DNA of 64,000 nucleotides from Epithemia pelagica (GCA_946965045.2 OX337229.1:1984001-2048000), one strand, 5' to 3'. Shown: positions 22,716-35,500, counted from the stretch's first letter. Notes: generated from the letters alone by a model not told the origin. Numbers and translations are program-made.

Positions 22716-25700
22716 CTTGTTGATTTGCCATTATTTCCCCTCCAAATAGGTGTGGCGGCCAGACGAAAATTGGTCGCGTGTCCTGGACACGTGCTTGGGA
22801 GAGCTTGCTCTCAAATAGGGTGGCTTTGCCAGCCCTCCAACTGCCAGGAAGCGGCCCTGCGTGGATGACGGTTGAATTGTTTCATAATATGCCGGACAAG
22901 CACACAACGCTTTTCTCTTGCCAAACGAATGGCATTCCAGGTGAGTTTGATCCGTTGCCGATTGCCATGACAATTACATTGCTCATGCTCACTGATCACT
23001 GACACTTGTCACTTTTGTTTGCTCTGCTCATGGGAAGAGAGGCCATTATCTGTTGAGTCTCTGGGCAGCTCATTACGTGCCATTGTACATGTCGAAATGA
23101 CGGATTTTTGATAACTTTCATTGCATTCATAAACAGACTACAGACAATCTTTTCTTTCTATACTAGGAGTAGGAATAGAACTCAAGTGCTAGTGACTCTT
23201 AGAGATCAGTGCATTCTGAATTCGTTGCAGATCTCTTTTCTGTTTTGAGCGTGGCAATGACCCTCAAATTCACCATGAACACACAACATAGTAGCAGCTC
23301 TCACACGCTTTTACAGCTACAACTTTTGACTCTAGGATCTGGTAGACATGGAAAGTAGGGTGTGGCATGAGCAAGAGGGCTTCCCATCTTTTTGAAGCAA
23401 AACCAACAAAGTGTTCGGTCCTTGAGAAATGAGATGATGTAATGACCTATGACGATAGTGAATCATCTATCCTACAGAAGATATGAAAGCAACCAACCAA
23501 CAATCCAACAACAAAACAATTACTCCTACAACAACAAGTGAAAAGGGTAAGATACTCCAGTTGACATCAAGCGGCTTGTTCATAGTCTACTCGTTCAACA
23601 TGAGACAAAGCCAGAGGATCATGCATGAACAAGAGGAAAGATTGCAGCAGTGATGAATGAGAAGAAAACACAGGAAACAACATGATTAGAAATGAGCTAC
23701 AGTAGTGAGAAGTTAGAAGCAATTCAGCCCAGCATGATCCGTCCATTGTTCGTACCTCACGTCATGGTCAAGCATTTGCTCGGTTTTGGGTTTTGTGACA
23801 GACGAGAACGAGAAGGTTGCCCAAATTTATCAAAAAAGAAACCAAATCCGAGGAAACTGGACGCAAGCCGACCTTGATGTAACGGTGTTGGCAATTAGAG
23901 ATACTTAGAGCTACCTGGAGCAGTGGCGGGCGATATTGAAAAAGGATAGGGTTGGGGATTTGTCTGGCCGCCTCACCTATTTGGAGGGGAAAAAATGGCG
24001 AATGCCGACAAGCGACAAGACGTGAATAACCCCAGACCCCAGTCCAGCTCGTTCAACAAGTAGAATATTGAGCATTCAGCATTCAGCATCTGTTGCCTTG
24101 CATTTTGTTCGTGGGGAGCTCGGTTCTCGATCATTGTACGATTTACAGTCTACAGTGCCGAGTAGTTTCTTGATTGGGGAAAGAAAGTGGAATCTGATTC
24201 CTTATGGGTGACTACAGCAATCCGTTAAATCACTTCAGTCTGAAACTCTGAAGCGAAGATCACACGTGGACATTGTTGTCGGCTTTTAAAAAAAGAATAA
24301 AGAATGTCTTCATGCTTCATTCGGAAGATGAAGCTAAAACCCTCCGACTAGGTAGATGTCCGCTTCTTAGCTCGTCTGTTGTTCGGGCAAGACAAACCCA
24401 ATCTCACAGACAAAAAAATGAATGGAAATTTCACATCCATCGGTGGAAAGGCTGGCGTGATGTGACAGTTGGAAGATGGCAGGCGTTCTGCTCAACAAGA
24501 CTCAAAATAGTGTTCTCGGTGAGTTCACAGGCCACAAAATCGATGCAGGCAACAAAACGAGGCAATGACCAAACAGCGGCCTCATGCTTCGTCCCTGGGC
24601 ATCTCATCTCATCTTTGTCACTGCACATCCATCATGGTAAGTTCTGGAATGACTAATGTAACATCCATTTTGGTCGATGTCATGGGGGGCTGCTGGCATC
24701 ATTTGTAGGATTCTTATAGGACAAAATAGAGCTATAGACCTCAATTAGGAGTAGGTAGGATAAGTGGAGGAAGCCATCCATCTTTCCTCTGTCGCTCAGT
24801 TTGGGTCTTTAGTGGATTGTGATGTCGACCTGCTCCTGTTGTTCTTTTTTTGTTGTCATGAGCATGACTTGTCTTTCCCAGCAGTGCAGGAAACTCTACA
24901 CTCTACATGCTCCATAATGCAAGTAGAAAGAGACGTATTCTAAAATAGGACTGTAAGTGGTTGCAAAGAGACAAGCCTACGGCAACGGCACGGTGTTGTG
25001 GAGGAGGGTTCACTTTTAAACAAACACTAGAAACAACCACACTTCTCCGAGAAAAAACAAAGAAAGGATGGGGGTAGAGCAAAACACTATCTATGGTCTA
25101 TATGTCAAATGTCCATGGTGTGCAGATGATGGAGGATGGAGAATGCATTGAGATGGTGCATGTCCATTGTCCATGTCAAAAGGTGCATGGTGAAAATAAT
25201 GTGGGTCGCAACTCGCAACTTGGGACGACAATCAAGAATGTGGAAGACCAACGGTCAAAGTGCGCACGCCTGCTCACAAAATTTCAAAAGGGTGATGCAG
25301 AAGGCCGGCGTGATCATTTTCATTTTGACCAGGAATTTTCTTCTAAAACGCAAAAAAACCAAAATTAAAATGGTTGGTCGCGGAGAGCGGCTGGGGGGCT
25401 AAGAAGTCGGAGGGAATATTATGTTGTATCATGCGCGTACCTACTACCTACGTCTACCGTCTACCGTCTACCTCTACCTAGACTGTAGAGAACTCTACAG
25501 GTACTACTCCTACTAGCTCCTCTAGCTAGGAACAACTCCTTCTGTTCTGGGGGAGTCGTGTTCGTAGTTCGTAGTTCGTAGGTCTACCGTTCCCATACTA
25601 CGAGTAGAGGTCGGTCCTGCGGCAAGCGGTCACGCCTCACTAGCGCTGGATCTCCAGCGCTGGAGAATCTCCAGCAGATACACGCTGAATATTGGTGCTA

Positions 25701-26017
25701 TGGTGCTTTGGATTGCACGCATTCTCATTAACGTATGTTGTCATAAATACATTAACCCGTTATTGTAAACGAAAGCATTATGGGTTTAACGAGGAGGGTG
25801 AGCTCCGATGTGGTCCTCTATTAGAGTGAACGGTACTACCCGATGACATGTCCTGTCAGACGAACAGTCATAGCATGCCTTGATCCTCCTTTCTACGTCA
25901 TACTTTGCCACGCCCCTCCATTCTCCTCGACAGTACCTCGAGAAAAAGGCAATATCATCCAAAGGGACTCTGCTCGAATGAGAAAACGTGCATCTTCAAC
26001 CCACAGAATCTGTCTCT

Positions 26018-27547
26018 TCACACTTTTCGAAGCAAAGCGGTTACGCCATTCTTCAGCAAGACAACGGCGGAGACACTTCCAATAATGGCGGAAAGGCGTA
26101 TTGCCCATGTACTAAAAGCGGAATTCGATGCTGCACTTTCGTCAAGGGAAAATTCATTGGGATCTTGCCACAGAACACCTGGACCACCGACCAGGGATCG
26201 AATGATTGTAAATCCCAATGGCTTGAGATCCGCTTCAATTTGTTTCAACACATTGCCGTCCTTCTTGCTCGACTCTTTGTCGTTGGGGATATCCGTCTCG
26301 AAGGACGGATGTAGGAGCACCAAGGCACACCCTCCTCCTCCAGCACCCGTCAATTTGGCAGCCGCAACAGATGCATATTTGGTTCGAATCAATTGGTCAA
26401 TCTCATCGAGTCGAGGATGAGAGACACTTAAGGCCCGCAGACAATCTTGATTCAATCGCACCAATTCCAAAAAGGCCGTCCCAGTACTCTCGGACGATGA
26501 CGACGCCAAACTGGTGAGCAAGTCTCGAACTTCAGTCACCAGAGCACCCATGGCATCGAGCAAAGGTTCCATGACAGACGTATGACGATTGTAGAGTGTC
26601 CGTACACCGGCAACCAAGGCTTTGGTGGAACGAGGAACGTGAGTATGAACTAAAAGCAATTGCAGTGTTGGAAAGGATGACAAACTTGTCATGTTGCTGT
26701 CCGAGACTTGTTTTCGCTCCTGTTCCGTGAGATCTTTAGCAGAATTGTTGGTGATCTTTGTCTTTGAATGTATATCTTTGGTGTACCACAAGGCTCCTCC
26801 ATGTGTTGACACCGCATTGTCGAGACCCGACGGTGTTCCATGCAACAAGATTTCTGACGCATAGGCGAACTTGTTGATTTCCTGGAGATCGGAAGCAGCT
26901 GGTTGGGTAGTTTTGGAGGACTCTGTGTTCTCGGTATTCAGGGAACGTTGTTTCCATCGAATCAGAGTTGCTACGAGGGCGACACTAAAGGCAGCCGATG
27001 ATCCGAGGCCAGCACCAACCGGTAAATCTTTCGATCGAACCCATAGTTTCAAGTCAATTGGCATTCGTGGTGTCCCTGGTTCATCCACTGTTTTCCAGTA
27101 CCACGCTGGAGCTAGCTGGACCAGCAAAAACAACACAGGTACTATAGGAAGCAAGGACAGATCCAACGGGGACGACATAACTTCCATTTCTCCGCTTCTA
27201 AGCGCTTTTTGCATGAAAGATTCGATTTGAGTGACCATGTCAGGAGAGGGAGGCATAGGCAATTGTTGCAAAAGCGATGAAGAAATACAGGTCTTGGTGA
27301 TTTTAACAAAAAGGCCCAAGTCAGCCATTATGATATGAATCGTTTGTGATTCATTGGTGATTGAAGAGTCGGCATAAGGCGTCAGGAGAACCGAAATACG
27401 TAGATCTGATAGGGCTGCCGCAATGGCAGGTTTTCCATACACAACTGAATGTTCTCCAAACAAAATCACTTTTCCAGGGGCCGACGCTGCCACTGAGAAC
27501 TCATTTACCTCCACTGGTGGTGTACTTTTGAAAAACGAGTTCGCCAT
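26018..27547 (-). CDS. MVK: Mevalonate kinase (GHMP kinase) with hydrophobic C-terminal tail
   Basis: SAPGKVILFGEHSVVYG, LPVGAGLGSSAA, HGTPSGLDN, KLTGAGGGGC. Confidence 0.95.
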   Translation of the reverse strand: MANSFFKSTPPVEVNEFSVAASAPGKVILFGEHSVVYGKPAIAAALSDLRISVLLTPYADSSITNESQTIHIIMADLGLFVKITKTCISSSLLQQLPMPPSPDMVTQIESFMQKALRSGEMEVMSSPLDLSLLPIVPVLFLLVQLAPAWYWKTVDEPGTPRMPIDLKLWVRSKDLPVGAGLGSSAAFSVALVATLIRWKQRSLNTENTESSKTTQPAASDLQEINKFAYASEILLHGTPSGLDNAVSTHGGALWYTKDIHSKTKITNNSAKDLTEQERKQVSDSNMTSLSSFPTLQLLLVHTHVPRSTKALVAGVRTLYNRHTSVMEPLLDAMGALVTEVRDLLTSLASSSSESTGTAFLELVRLNQDCLRALSVSHPRLDEIDQLIRTKYASVAAAKLTGAGGGGCALVLLHPSFETDIPNDKESSKKDGNVLKQIEADLKPLGFTIIRSLVGGPGVLWQDPNEFSLDESAASNSAFSTWAIRLSAIIGSVSAVVLLKNGVTALLRKV

Positions 27548-27895
27548 GTCGATCTATCTTGCACGAGACCACCACCGACATTCGATTATCGATAACAGAG
27601 CAGCGTTGGAAGTATCTGTGAATGGTCAAACAAGTCGAGATACCGATACAAGATACAACACGACAAAGCGTCCTCGCAATTCGCAATGCCCAAGACAAAC
27701 AATGACGGCAAAAAATACAGACAACAGACAACTGACAACGACTCTATACTATATTATACTATCCGACACCGACAATAAGACTACACTACTGACGAAAGCA
27801 CGGTACAAGCTGGCTTCACGAGCGACCTGCCTAGTGTATTACAGTACAAATACTGTACTGACAATTTTATACATAAACAATTATAGTAATCATCT

Positions 27896-28597
27896 ATGCC
27901 CCTTTGCTTATCGACCATGACGACAGCAAATTTGGGGAAACGATGCCGTTCAAACCAGGAAGACCATGAGTCACCACGCTTGGCGCTCACGTCGATTGTC
28001 GAGTGCGGACCCGACCGATACACAAGCGGCCCCTGTTCCCCAAACTCCACCGACGCAGCTGATTCAGCCATTGTTGCGGACACCGACGGCACCCAATCAA
28101 ATGCATCCCACCACGTCGATTGGAGGCATGATCATGATGGGTCTTGCCCCCACCATCAAGTGACACCCGATATCCCCAAGACCATTGACAACTCGGACCT
28201 GGAACCACATCGCGACAGTGATGATAATCACACTCTCATGAAGCCATTTCCCAATACAAGACAAACGCCCGTGGTGGATAATGATCAAGTGGATGTCACC
28301 TTTGGATGTGGAACCAACTTGTTGTCGACCGGATTCATATCGCAAAGCACGGATCCTGTGGTGCGAGACTTGTTTCTTCCCTTTCCCCGAACCAGCAATG
28401 GTACCAATCACCAAACAATCAGTGGTATTCTTCTTCCCAACCAGCCGAACAATCGACGAACGCAGTCTCATCCACAATCCACAACTCCCATCCAAACCAT
28501 CCACTCCTTGAACGACCATTTCGGGACGAGTCAATACGAAACCAGGAAGTACGACCAGCACACTGGCGTCGGTCCTGCAGCCCATTTCGTCCTTTGA
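27896..28597 (+). CDS. Possible hypothetical low-complexity protein
   Basis: 233-aa ORF with no recognisable motif. Confidence 0.2.
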   Translation: MPLCLSTMTTANLGKRCRSNQEDHESPRLALTSIVECGPDRYTSGPCSPNSTDAADSAIVADTDGTQSNASHHVDWRHDHDGSCPHHQVTPDIPKTIDNSDLEPHRDSDDNHTLMKPFPNTRQTPVVDNDQVDVTFGCGTNLLSTGFISQSTDPVVRDLFLPFPRTSNGTNHQTISGILLPNQPNNRRTQSHPQSTTPIQTIHSLNDHFGTSQYETRKYDQHTGVGPAAHFVL

Positions 28598-29039
28598 TTC
28601 CACCATCAACTTTCGTACCGGCCTGTCTGGACACAGTGGGTTGGCAGTCTCCTCTTTGAAAAAGAACAAGCCCCCTCCTCAAGCATCCAATCACCACCAT
28701 GCAACCAACAGCAACAACCTACCGAGTACTACTCCTAGAGTTTGGGGTTTTGATTGCGGTAGTTCGTGTTCCTGGTTGGTAGCAGATAATCATTCGTATA
28801 TATAGTACTGTTAATTTATGATTCCTTCCAAACTGCCTGCGTATCCTAGGCAGACTGTTTCATCTCCAATCTCCAGGCCAGGCATGTGTGCGAATCTCTA
28901 CCAGGGATGTAAACGTAAGAGCTGATGTTACTAATCGTTCTAATAGGTATTAGGTGGACTACATTGTGAAGAAGAGATCCTGGTTTGGGAAATTGGTTGT
29001 CATACACTCAAGTGCTGCATTGAGGACGAGGCTACAGTC

Positions 29040-29130
29040 TCTCACACAGCCGGGGGGACAAACGAGGTAGCGGACGAGGCGAGAGCTTCTCACACAGCCG
29101 GGGAGACAAACGAGGCAGCGGACGAGGCGA
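29040..29130. repeat. Tandem duplication, 2 x 43 bp at 48-bp period
   Basis: TCTCACACAGCCGGGG(G/A)GACAAACGAGG(T/C)AGCGGACGAGGCGA occurs twice. Confidence 0.85.
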
Positions 29131-29882
29131 CCACAGAACAGTGCACAACGTGAAGCACTGCTATTTCCCGAGATACAGGCACCGCGTACGTGATGTTTTT
29201 GGATATTCTGTTAATGTTATACCTAGGCTATCGATCTGGCGCTTTACATCACGTACCAGCGGCATGTGACGGCTATGGTGACCGGAAGCGGTTGCATTTG
29301 TTTTTGCTTTCGTATATCATCACGAAATTATGTGAGGAACAGGAAAACCTCAACGCGTCCGCACCGCTAGATTACTATGAAATGATATGTACCAAAGAAA
29401 AGGGAGTAATTACAAAATTTGTACACAATTTTTGTACTGTAATAGACTAGGTATGTGAGGCGCGAAGCCAGCTTGTACGGTGGGGACGCCCGCATCGCCA
29501 AATTCAGTAGCCGTTAGAAACGAAAACTCATCGCTCTAAGCCTTTCTTTCTTTATAATTCATTTCATAAAATAATGCATTTTGACTTCTGGAGATTGTTA
29601 CGGGGGATGGAGGTCCCCAAGCCCTTCACTAAATAGGAGTAGTTAGTACAGTCTGAGGCCAGAGTCTGTCGCAAGGCGACAATGGATATCAAGGCGCAAT
29701 CCTGCGTGAGAATACAGATATGAGGTTATGGAGACACAGGGCTGTGTCATATTCAATTTTTAATCTATTCCCAAATTCAGTAGTGGAATAGATAGATAGA
29801 TATATTCCTAGGAGTAGATAGATTGTCAAATTGGATAAACAGCAAAGAGTGTGGAGGCTAGTTTAGGTTTTTCTATCCAAAG

Positions 29883-32515
29883 CGGACTCTATACACCCTT
29901 TTTGACTGAATTCAGTCTGGATTTGAAACCTCATCACTCCACGAATATTACGAATCAAGAGAAATGGTTGATTCCATCGTGTAGACCTCGAAAAGAGCTT
30001 TCTAAGTAGTAATAATGTTATACACAAATTCCTGTAACAAAAAAAGATACGAGCTTCTGGAATGGGTAGTCGATGGGGGTGATTTTTCCGGCTGATTTCA
30101 GCTCGGCGTTGAAAGATTGTTTTCTCTTGATGAAAGATGACACCCAAAACATTCACTGCATCTATACACTCCTGGAGTGCATGAGCAGTAGGTACGCACC
30201 CTCTTGTCGCAGCCAGAGCATTTGTGTTGTGGATAATCTGATGCTGCTTTCACAATTCTCACCCCAGAAAATTTTTTTCCCTTCGGCAACGTGGTGAGAG
30301 TGTGGCCTTGTTCTCGTGATCTTCTCCTCTTCAAATCAGGTGTCATGTCCTCCTCTTCTTGAAAATAATCATTGAAGATGAGTTGCCCTGCAAGCTGCTT
30401 CCTGAATTCAATCTGTCCAAGTTTTTCATGGTCAGAAAAGTACTGGAGGCCCAGGTTTACGTTCACTTCTGTCACGGCCAAAAGGAATGCAAACACACGG
30501 TTTGGCCACCACTTTGTTCCCCATGTTTCTTCTATGCTGATAGGGGAGTGTCTCTTATTGTTGTGGTCATCTACTGAGTGTCTGTAGAGGAAGTGGTTTC
30601 CAACAACTTCCGGATACTGAAAAGACTTTTGCTGCTTAGTACCACTCTCAACCCAGTCTCGACGAGTTGTCTTCCCTGTCCGCTGATTAGTGCCATATGT
30701 AGACATTAATGACATCACATAATCAGGTTCCTTCATAGAATACACATGGAAATCAACTTCATCCATGCATCCTTTCCAAGCATCACAATCTCCAACAGAC
30801 TTGTCGTTGAAATGGTCCTTGATGTCGTCTCCACGAATGAATTTTGGCCAGTAGCGACGCTTCTTGATAAGGGCTGATGCAAAAACACCCCTTTTCTTCA
30901 GCTCAACAATCCCTTTGAGAACACAAAAGCCACTGTCCAGAATTACAACACAGGCATAGCCAAAAATTGGAGCAAGTATTCGCAACAATAAGCCAACGGT
31001 ATTGCCCAGATTTTGGTGCAGAGGTTGTGGCCGTTGTCGTGGTGCATCCTTCCCTTTGACCAATTCTAATCCCCACAGAATACCAGAGAGAGAACAACAC
31101 ACTGTGTGATATTCATTTCCAAATGGATGTGGCTTCCGTGGGACAAACATCCATCCCGGACATGTGTACTTGTTTGTCCACACTGACATCGATTCATCAA
31201 GACAATTTACCCAGCTTGGAGTAAATTGTTGCTCCATGTTTTTATTCCACATTTCAAGCATTTGCCGAACCTCCCAGAAGCGGTCACTATAGGGGGGTGG
31301 TGCATTGTTTGTGTAGTAGATGGCGCGCAATATTGCATCAAATCGCTTTCTGGACATGATGTCGTTCAAACGCCATGGAGCACCCTTGAATCTATTGATC
31401 TCCCCCAATGACCAGAATGAGTTACGATCAGGGCCATGGATTGTTGACATGAGAAGCCAAACACCTATCCATCGCAAGAACTCTCCGTACAACATGCTCC
31501 TCTGACCCAGATTTGCAAGACGCTTGTTGGTCTCAACAATTATGACTTCCTTGACGAAGGATGTAAAAAAACATTTCCCACACGACAAATAATGTTGGAG
31601 TTGCAGAACTGGGAAAATTGAGTCGAGCTGGGAGCTTTCTTCCTCCCTCCATGGAGCGGTAGCAGCTACCTGAATGCTCCCAAGCTGAGAAGATGCCATC
31701 CGTGTTCTCGTTCGGAAGTGGAACATTTTCAGGTGCCGGTTGATTGTCGTCGTCAATCATATCAGGCACCATATTCCATACAACAGCTGTATCATCAACA
31801 GAAAGATTTCTTCCACCAGAGGCATCAATGAGATCCTGAATCTCATTGGGAATTTCGTGGCCATTGTCTTCCCTTTCGCCATTCGATTGACCGGTGTTGC
31901 TCGTCTGCTGCTGTGTGGTGGCGGCTGTGTTTGCAGTACTTGAAGAGGTGGCCGTGCTACCACTTTGATGTATTCCTGCTTCTTGTTCATTAGCAAAAAC
32001 ACCTTCTGGATTGCCTTCTTCTGTCACATGAACAAAGCGATGGATCGCCCAACATTCAAACGGTTCGGCAAAATCACCGCGTGCTGGGTGCTGGAACACA
32101 ACAACTCTCTTCTCTTCTCTACGGATTTTCCTCACTGCCTCTTCCACCACAATCAACCCACTTGCCCTGTCATCTTTTGTGGAATTAGGATAGGCCTTGG
32201 CAATTTGATCCTTTGGATGCAGCCTTGAAACAAGGACAGCTCCTTTTGCACCACTGCCGAGACGAAGTCTCATTTTTCTGTGTTTGGGCGCACAATACAC
32301 ACACCAAAAATTTTGGAGCAACCAATGTGGATCGAATGCTCAACAACCAACGATCAAACAACTTTCTCCTTTTGCACTAGTCCTCTCAAGTAAGTAAACA
32401 ACAAGTATCTAAAATGCCATTGCCATTGAGTTTGATTGTCGTGCTCTAACAACTTTCTACGATTGACTGAATTCAGCCCATGCGGCTGAATTCAGCCAGG
32501 GGTGGAGAATATCCG
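29883..32515 (-). mobile_element. piggyBac-superfamily-like DNA transposon, 2633 bp, AAAG target-site duplication
   Basis: TSD AAAG at 29879-29882 and 32516-32519 (empty site visible at 35909-35912). Imperfect termini CGGA-N7-CACCC. Subterminal G(A/G)CTGAATTCAG(T/C)C palindromes. Confidence 0.88.
30098..32273 (-). pseudogene. piggyBac-like DDD transposase (DDE_Tnp_1_7) with one frameshift in a 7-nt homopolymer at 31565-31571
   Basis: CLDESM, VILDSGF, SVDDHN catalytic triad; C-terminal Cys-rich CSGC..CSC..CSEC. Removing one T joins the two ORFs into ~724 aa (EMFF-TSFVKEV). Confidence 0.88.
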
Positions 32516-32580
32516 AAAGATTTTGGAGTGTTCTACTTCCCACTCGCTAACTCGCGCGCCAGCAAGCCACTTCGGATGGA

Positions 32581-35500
32581 CTAATCTACATCCACTCGCA
32601 CCCGGTCGCCGTTATCAACTACATCGGTGGTCAGGGCATCAACGATAGGGAGCTCCTCTAGGTTGCCGTCATCCACAATGAGCACTGGTGGAGTGTCTTT
32701 GGGAGTGCTGAATGCAAATCTAGCTTGGAGCCCCCGTCTACGTCGTTCTTGGTAAGACATGGGCGGGATCGCATCAATGATGCTTTCACTCCTCATGTCT
32801 GTGCCCTGGTCCATATCGTCATTTGCAGTTGATAGGTTGGTGGGGGAGATTGATGAGGAGGTTGTCCATGAGAAAACCGAGGACCTTGAGCTTGCCAAGG
32901 TAGTCGAAATCGGGCGGCAAAGGAGGACCCTTTCGTCGTCGTCCGACTCATCAGTGCTGGTTGTTTTGTTGTTCTTGAACCGGTGAAATCTCGGCTTATG
33001 GCGACAGGCGCCGTAAACCTCGTTGCACTTGTTGATTGCCAATTTCGGGTTCTTTCGTGTGAATTTCAGTATCTCTAGCCTCTCTTTCGCGCAGAGTTTA
33101 CAGTTCCGTGTACCAAACGTCTTGACTGTGGACAGTGGCTTGCCCTGCCATAGGATATCAACTTTGAGTTTGATGTGTTGTTTGATTTCTTTTTTCTCGA
33201 TACCTCGTGGGACAAAACACGCAAAGTGACTCGCGAAAGAGTCTGATTGTTTGTTTTGGAGTACAAGAGCCTTGACGTCTTGTGCGTGTTGCTGCAAACG
33301 TTTCTTTACGTGTTGTTGCGTGTTTCCAATGTACTGTTTACCTGTTTGGAGGTAGGTAGCTCTGTAGACAACTATCGATCTCCTGCAGCGGCCACTGTGC
33401 GGGCATGCCTCTCTATTCCTGCAGTTGCAGTCGAGGTCTTCGAAGTCCAGTGAATTGAGGCCGTCTGCTAGTTTTGAGTTCAAGTCCCCTTGAAAAAGTT
33501 TGCGGATGTTGTTGAAGCGATGGTAGGACATAGATATGCGTAGCCACGAAAGGGAGGGGAATTTGGACTTGATCTCCTTTATCACTTTGTGAATCGGTTT
33601 TCTCCAAAAGTCGGTGAATCCGATCTTGAAATAGATCGCCCGTTTACGGTCTCGCTCTCGTCTCTTCTTCAGCGCTTGTGATGCCGTGTCTTCCTTTTCC
33701 TTTGCCATTTTTTCTTTAGACTCGCCCAGAGTTGGAACTTGTTCGGGTTTGATGAGTTTGGCATTGTTTAGGGCTTCGAAGTGGGTAGGATAGAGTTCCG
33801 AAAGCTTGCAGTTGGTGTTGTCGTCGTCAAGGGAGGTAAGTCTCGTGAGTCGCTTGAAAACGCCGCTCGGGATTGCTTTGAAACACCCAGGGGTGTGAGC
33901 GCTCCCCTTGTTAAGGTATTTTAACTGCTGGTTTTCTTTCAGGTGGACCTTGAAGGAGAGTTTGGAGTTGGAGTTCCAAAACATCTCCATGTCTAGGAAA
34001 GGGAAGGATTCGGACTTGGCAATCGTCGTACTGGGGGATTCGATTGTTTCTGGATCGTGGAGGTTGGTTGGATCCCAAATCACAGCTGTGAATTTGAGAA
34101 ATTCATTTCCCGCTACATCGTTAATGTTGGTTTGAAAGGCTTTGAGCCAGTCTTGGATTTGCTTCGTTGAGAGTTGGCCCTTGAATACTGCTAGGCCGTC
34201 ATCTCGGTACATGCCGAAATAGTGCATGGGGTCGTGGATAGAATCGTAGGTTGCTTCTAGTAGGAAGGACATCACTAGATCTGCCAACCAAGCTGACTCG
34301 TATCCACCAATCGTGAGACCCCTCTCCTCAGGTTTGAGATCACCGTCGTAAAGGTAATACTCATCCTTGAAGGCAATCAACGTGTTTGTCATGCCGAAGT
34401 AGATTAAATTGAGGCAGAGGTTGATTGTACGGTGTGTCTCGGGGGGTAGCGCTTCCGCGTAGTAGATGACCGCGTCGTAGATAAGTTGGAACTTAATCGA
34501 CGGGTACATGGCTTCAGCGTCTACCGACACGATTGTTGAGTTGGAGAAGTCGAAGGGCAGTTGTTTGAGTTTTTCCTTGAGGTCTGAGGCTTGGACGATG
34601 TTACGTTGTCCGTACTCAATGTTGTGTTCCTTGAACAAGTTTTTAATGCCAAGGTAGCCGATTTTAGGGAAGCCCGCTGTGAAGTTCGTTAGGGGCACGA
34701 CTAGACGTGTTGGGTAGTTGCCGTCGGGTCCTGCTTTCTTGTGATCCTTGACCAGAATTTTCGGGTATGGGATGGCCTTGGATTGAATTTTCTCTTTCAA
34801 GAAGTTTCTCTCATTCGTTGAAAGGAACGGGTCCAGTTCTTGAATGAAGGAGAAGCAGTTGTCTACGATCTCTGTGAGTCTGGAGCGATCGATCTTGACA
34901 GCGCTCTTCGCGAGGTGTTTGTTGATTTCCTTTGAGTATTCGCCAGTCGACATGATCGTAAAGGAGTTCGTCTTATCCGTGGGGATAACGACTAGATCAT
35001 GTTCTTTCAGTTGTTTGAGTAGGTCTTTGATTTCCAGCGATAGTTTGCTTACGTTTCTTGTCTTCTTATTGGAGAGTGATTCTGCAATGATTGCTTCTTC
35101 TACTTGTTTCAGAAAACATTCTAACTCGTTGGAACCGACTGGGGCACTCTTCTTCTTGTTCTCCGGTTTGGCACCACTGTTGAGGCCTGACTTGAATAGG
35201 TCCTTCGCATCATCCTCTAGTTCTTCTTCGTAGTTCTTGCCGGAGAACGGGTCGGGCCACTGCCACTCGGGGTCCATGAGTGACCTGTCCCATTGGCTAT
35301 TGGAGAGCAGCGTGGGGCTGTTGTGGTAATAACTCGCCCATACTGCTTGCTCCGTTTCGACGCGGTCTTTGTGTTCATTCCGCCAGTATTCGGCCCAGCG
35401 GCACCTCGTCTTGAAATCACCGATTCCATTAATGGCGTCGATTGTGCGTTCGTCCTCCGAGGGGGCCGGGACGAAGCGTTCAGAAACTTCAACAGCTAGC

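Noticed and set aside
31560-31576. Programmed -1 ribosomal frameshift in the transposase
   Set aside because: A +1 shift is required and no X XXY YYZ slippery site is in the right phase; an indel is simpler.
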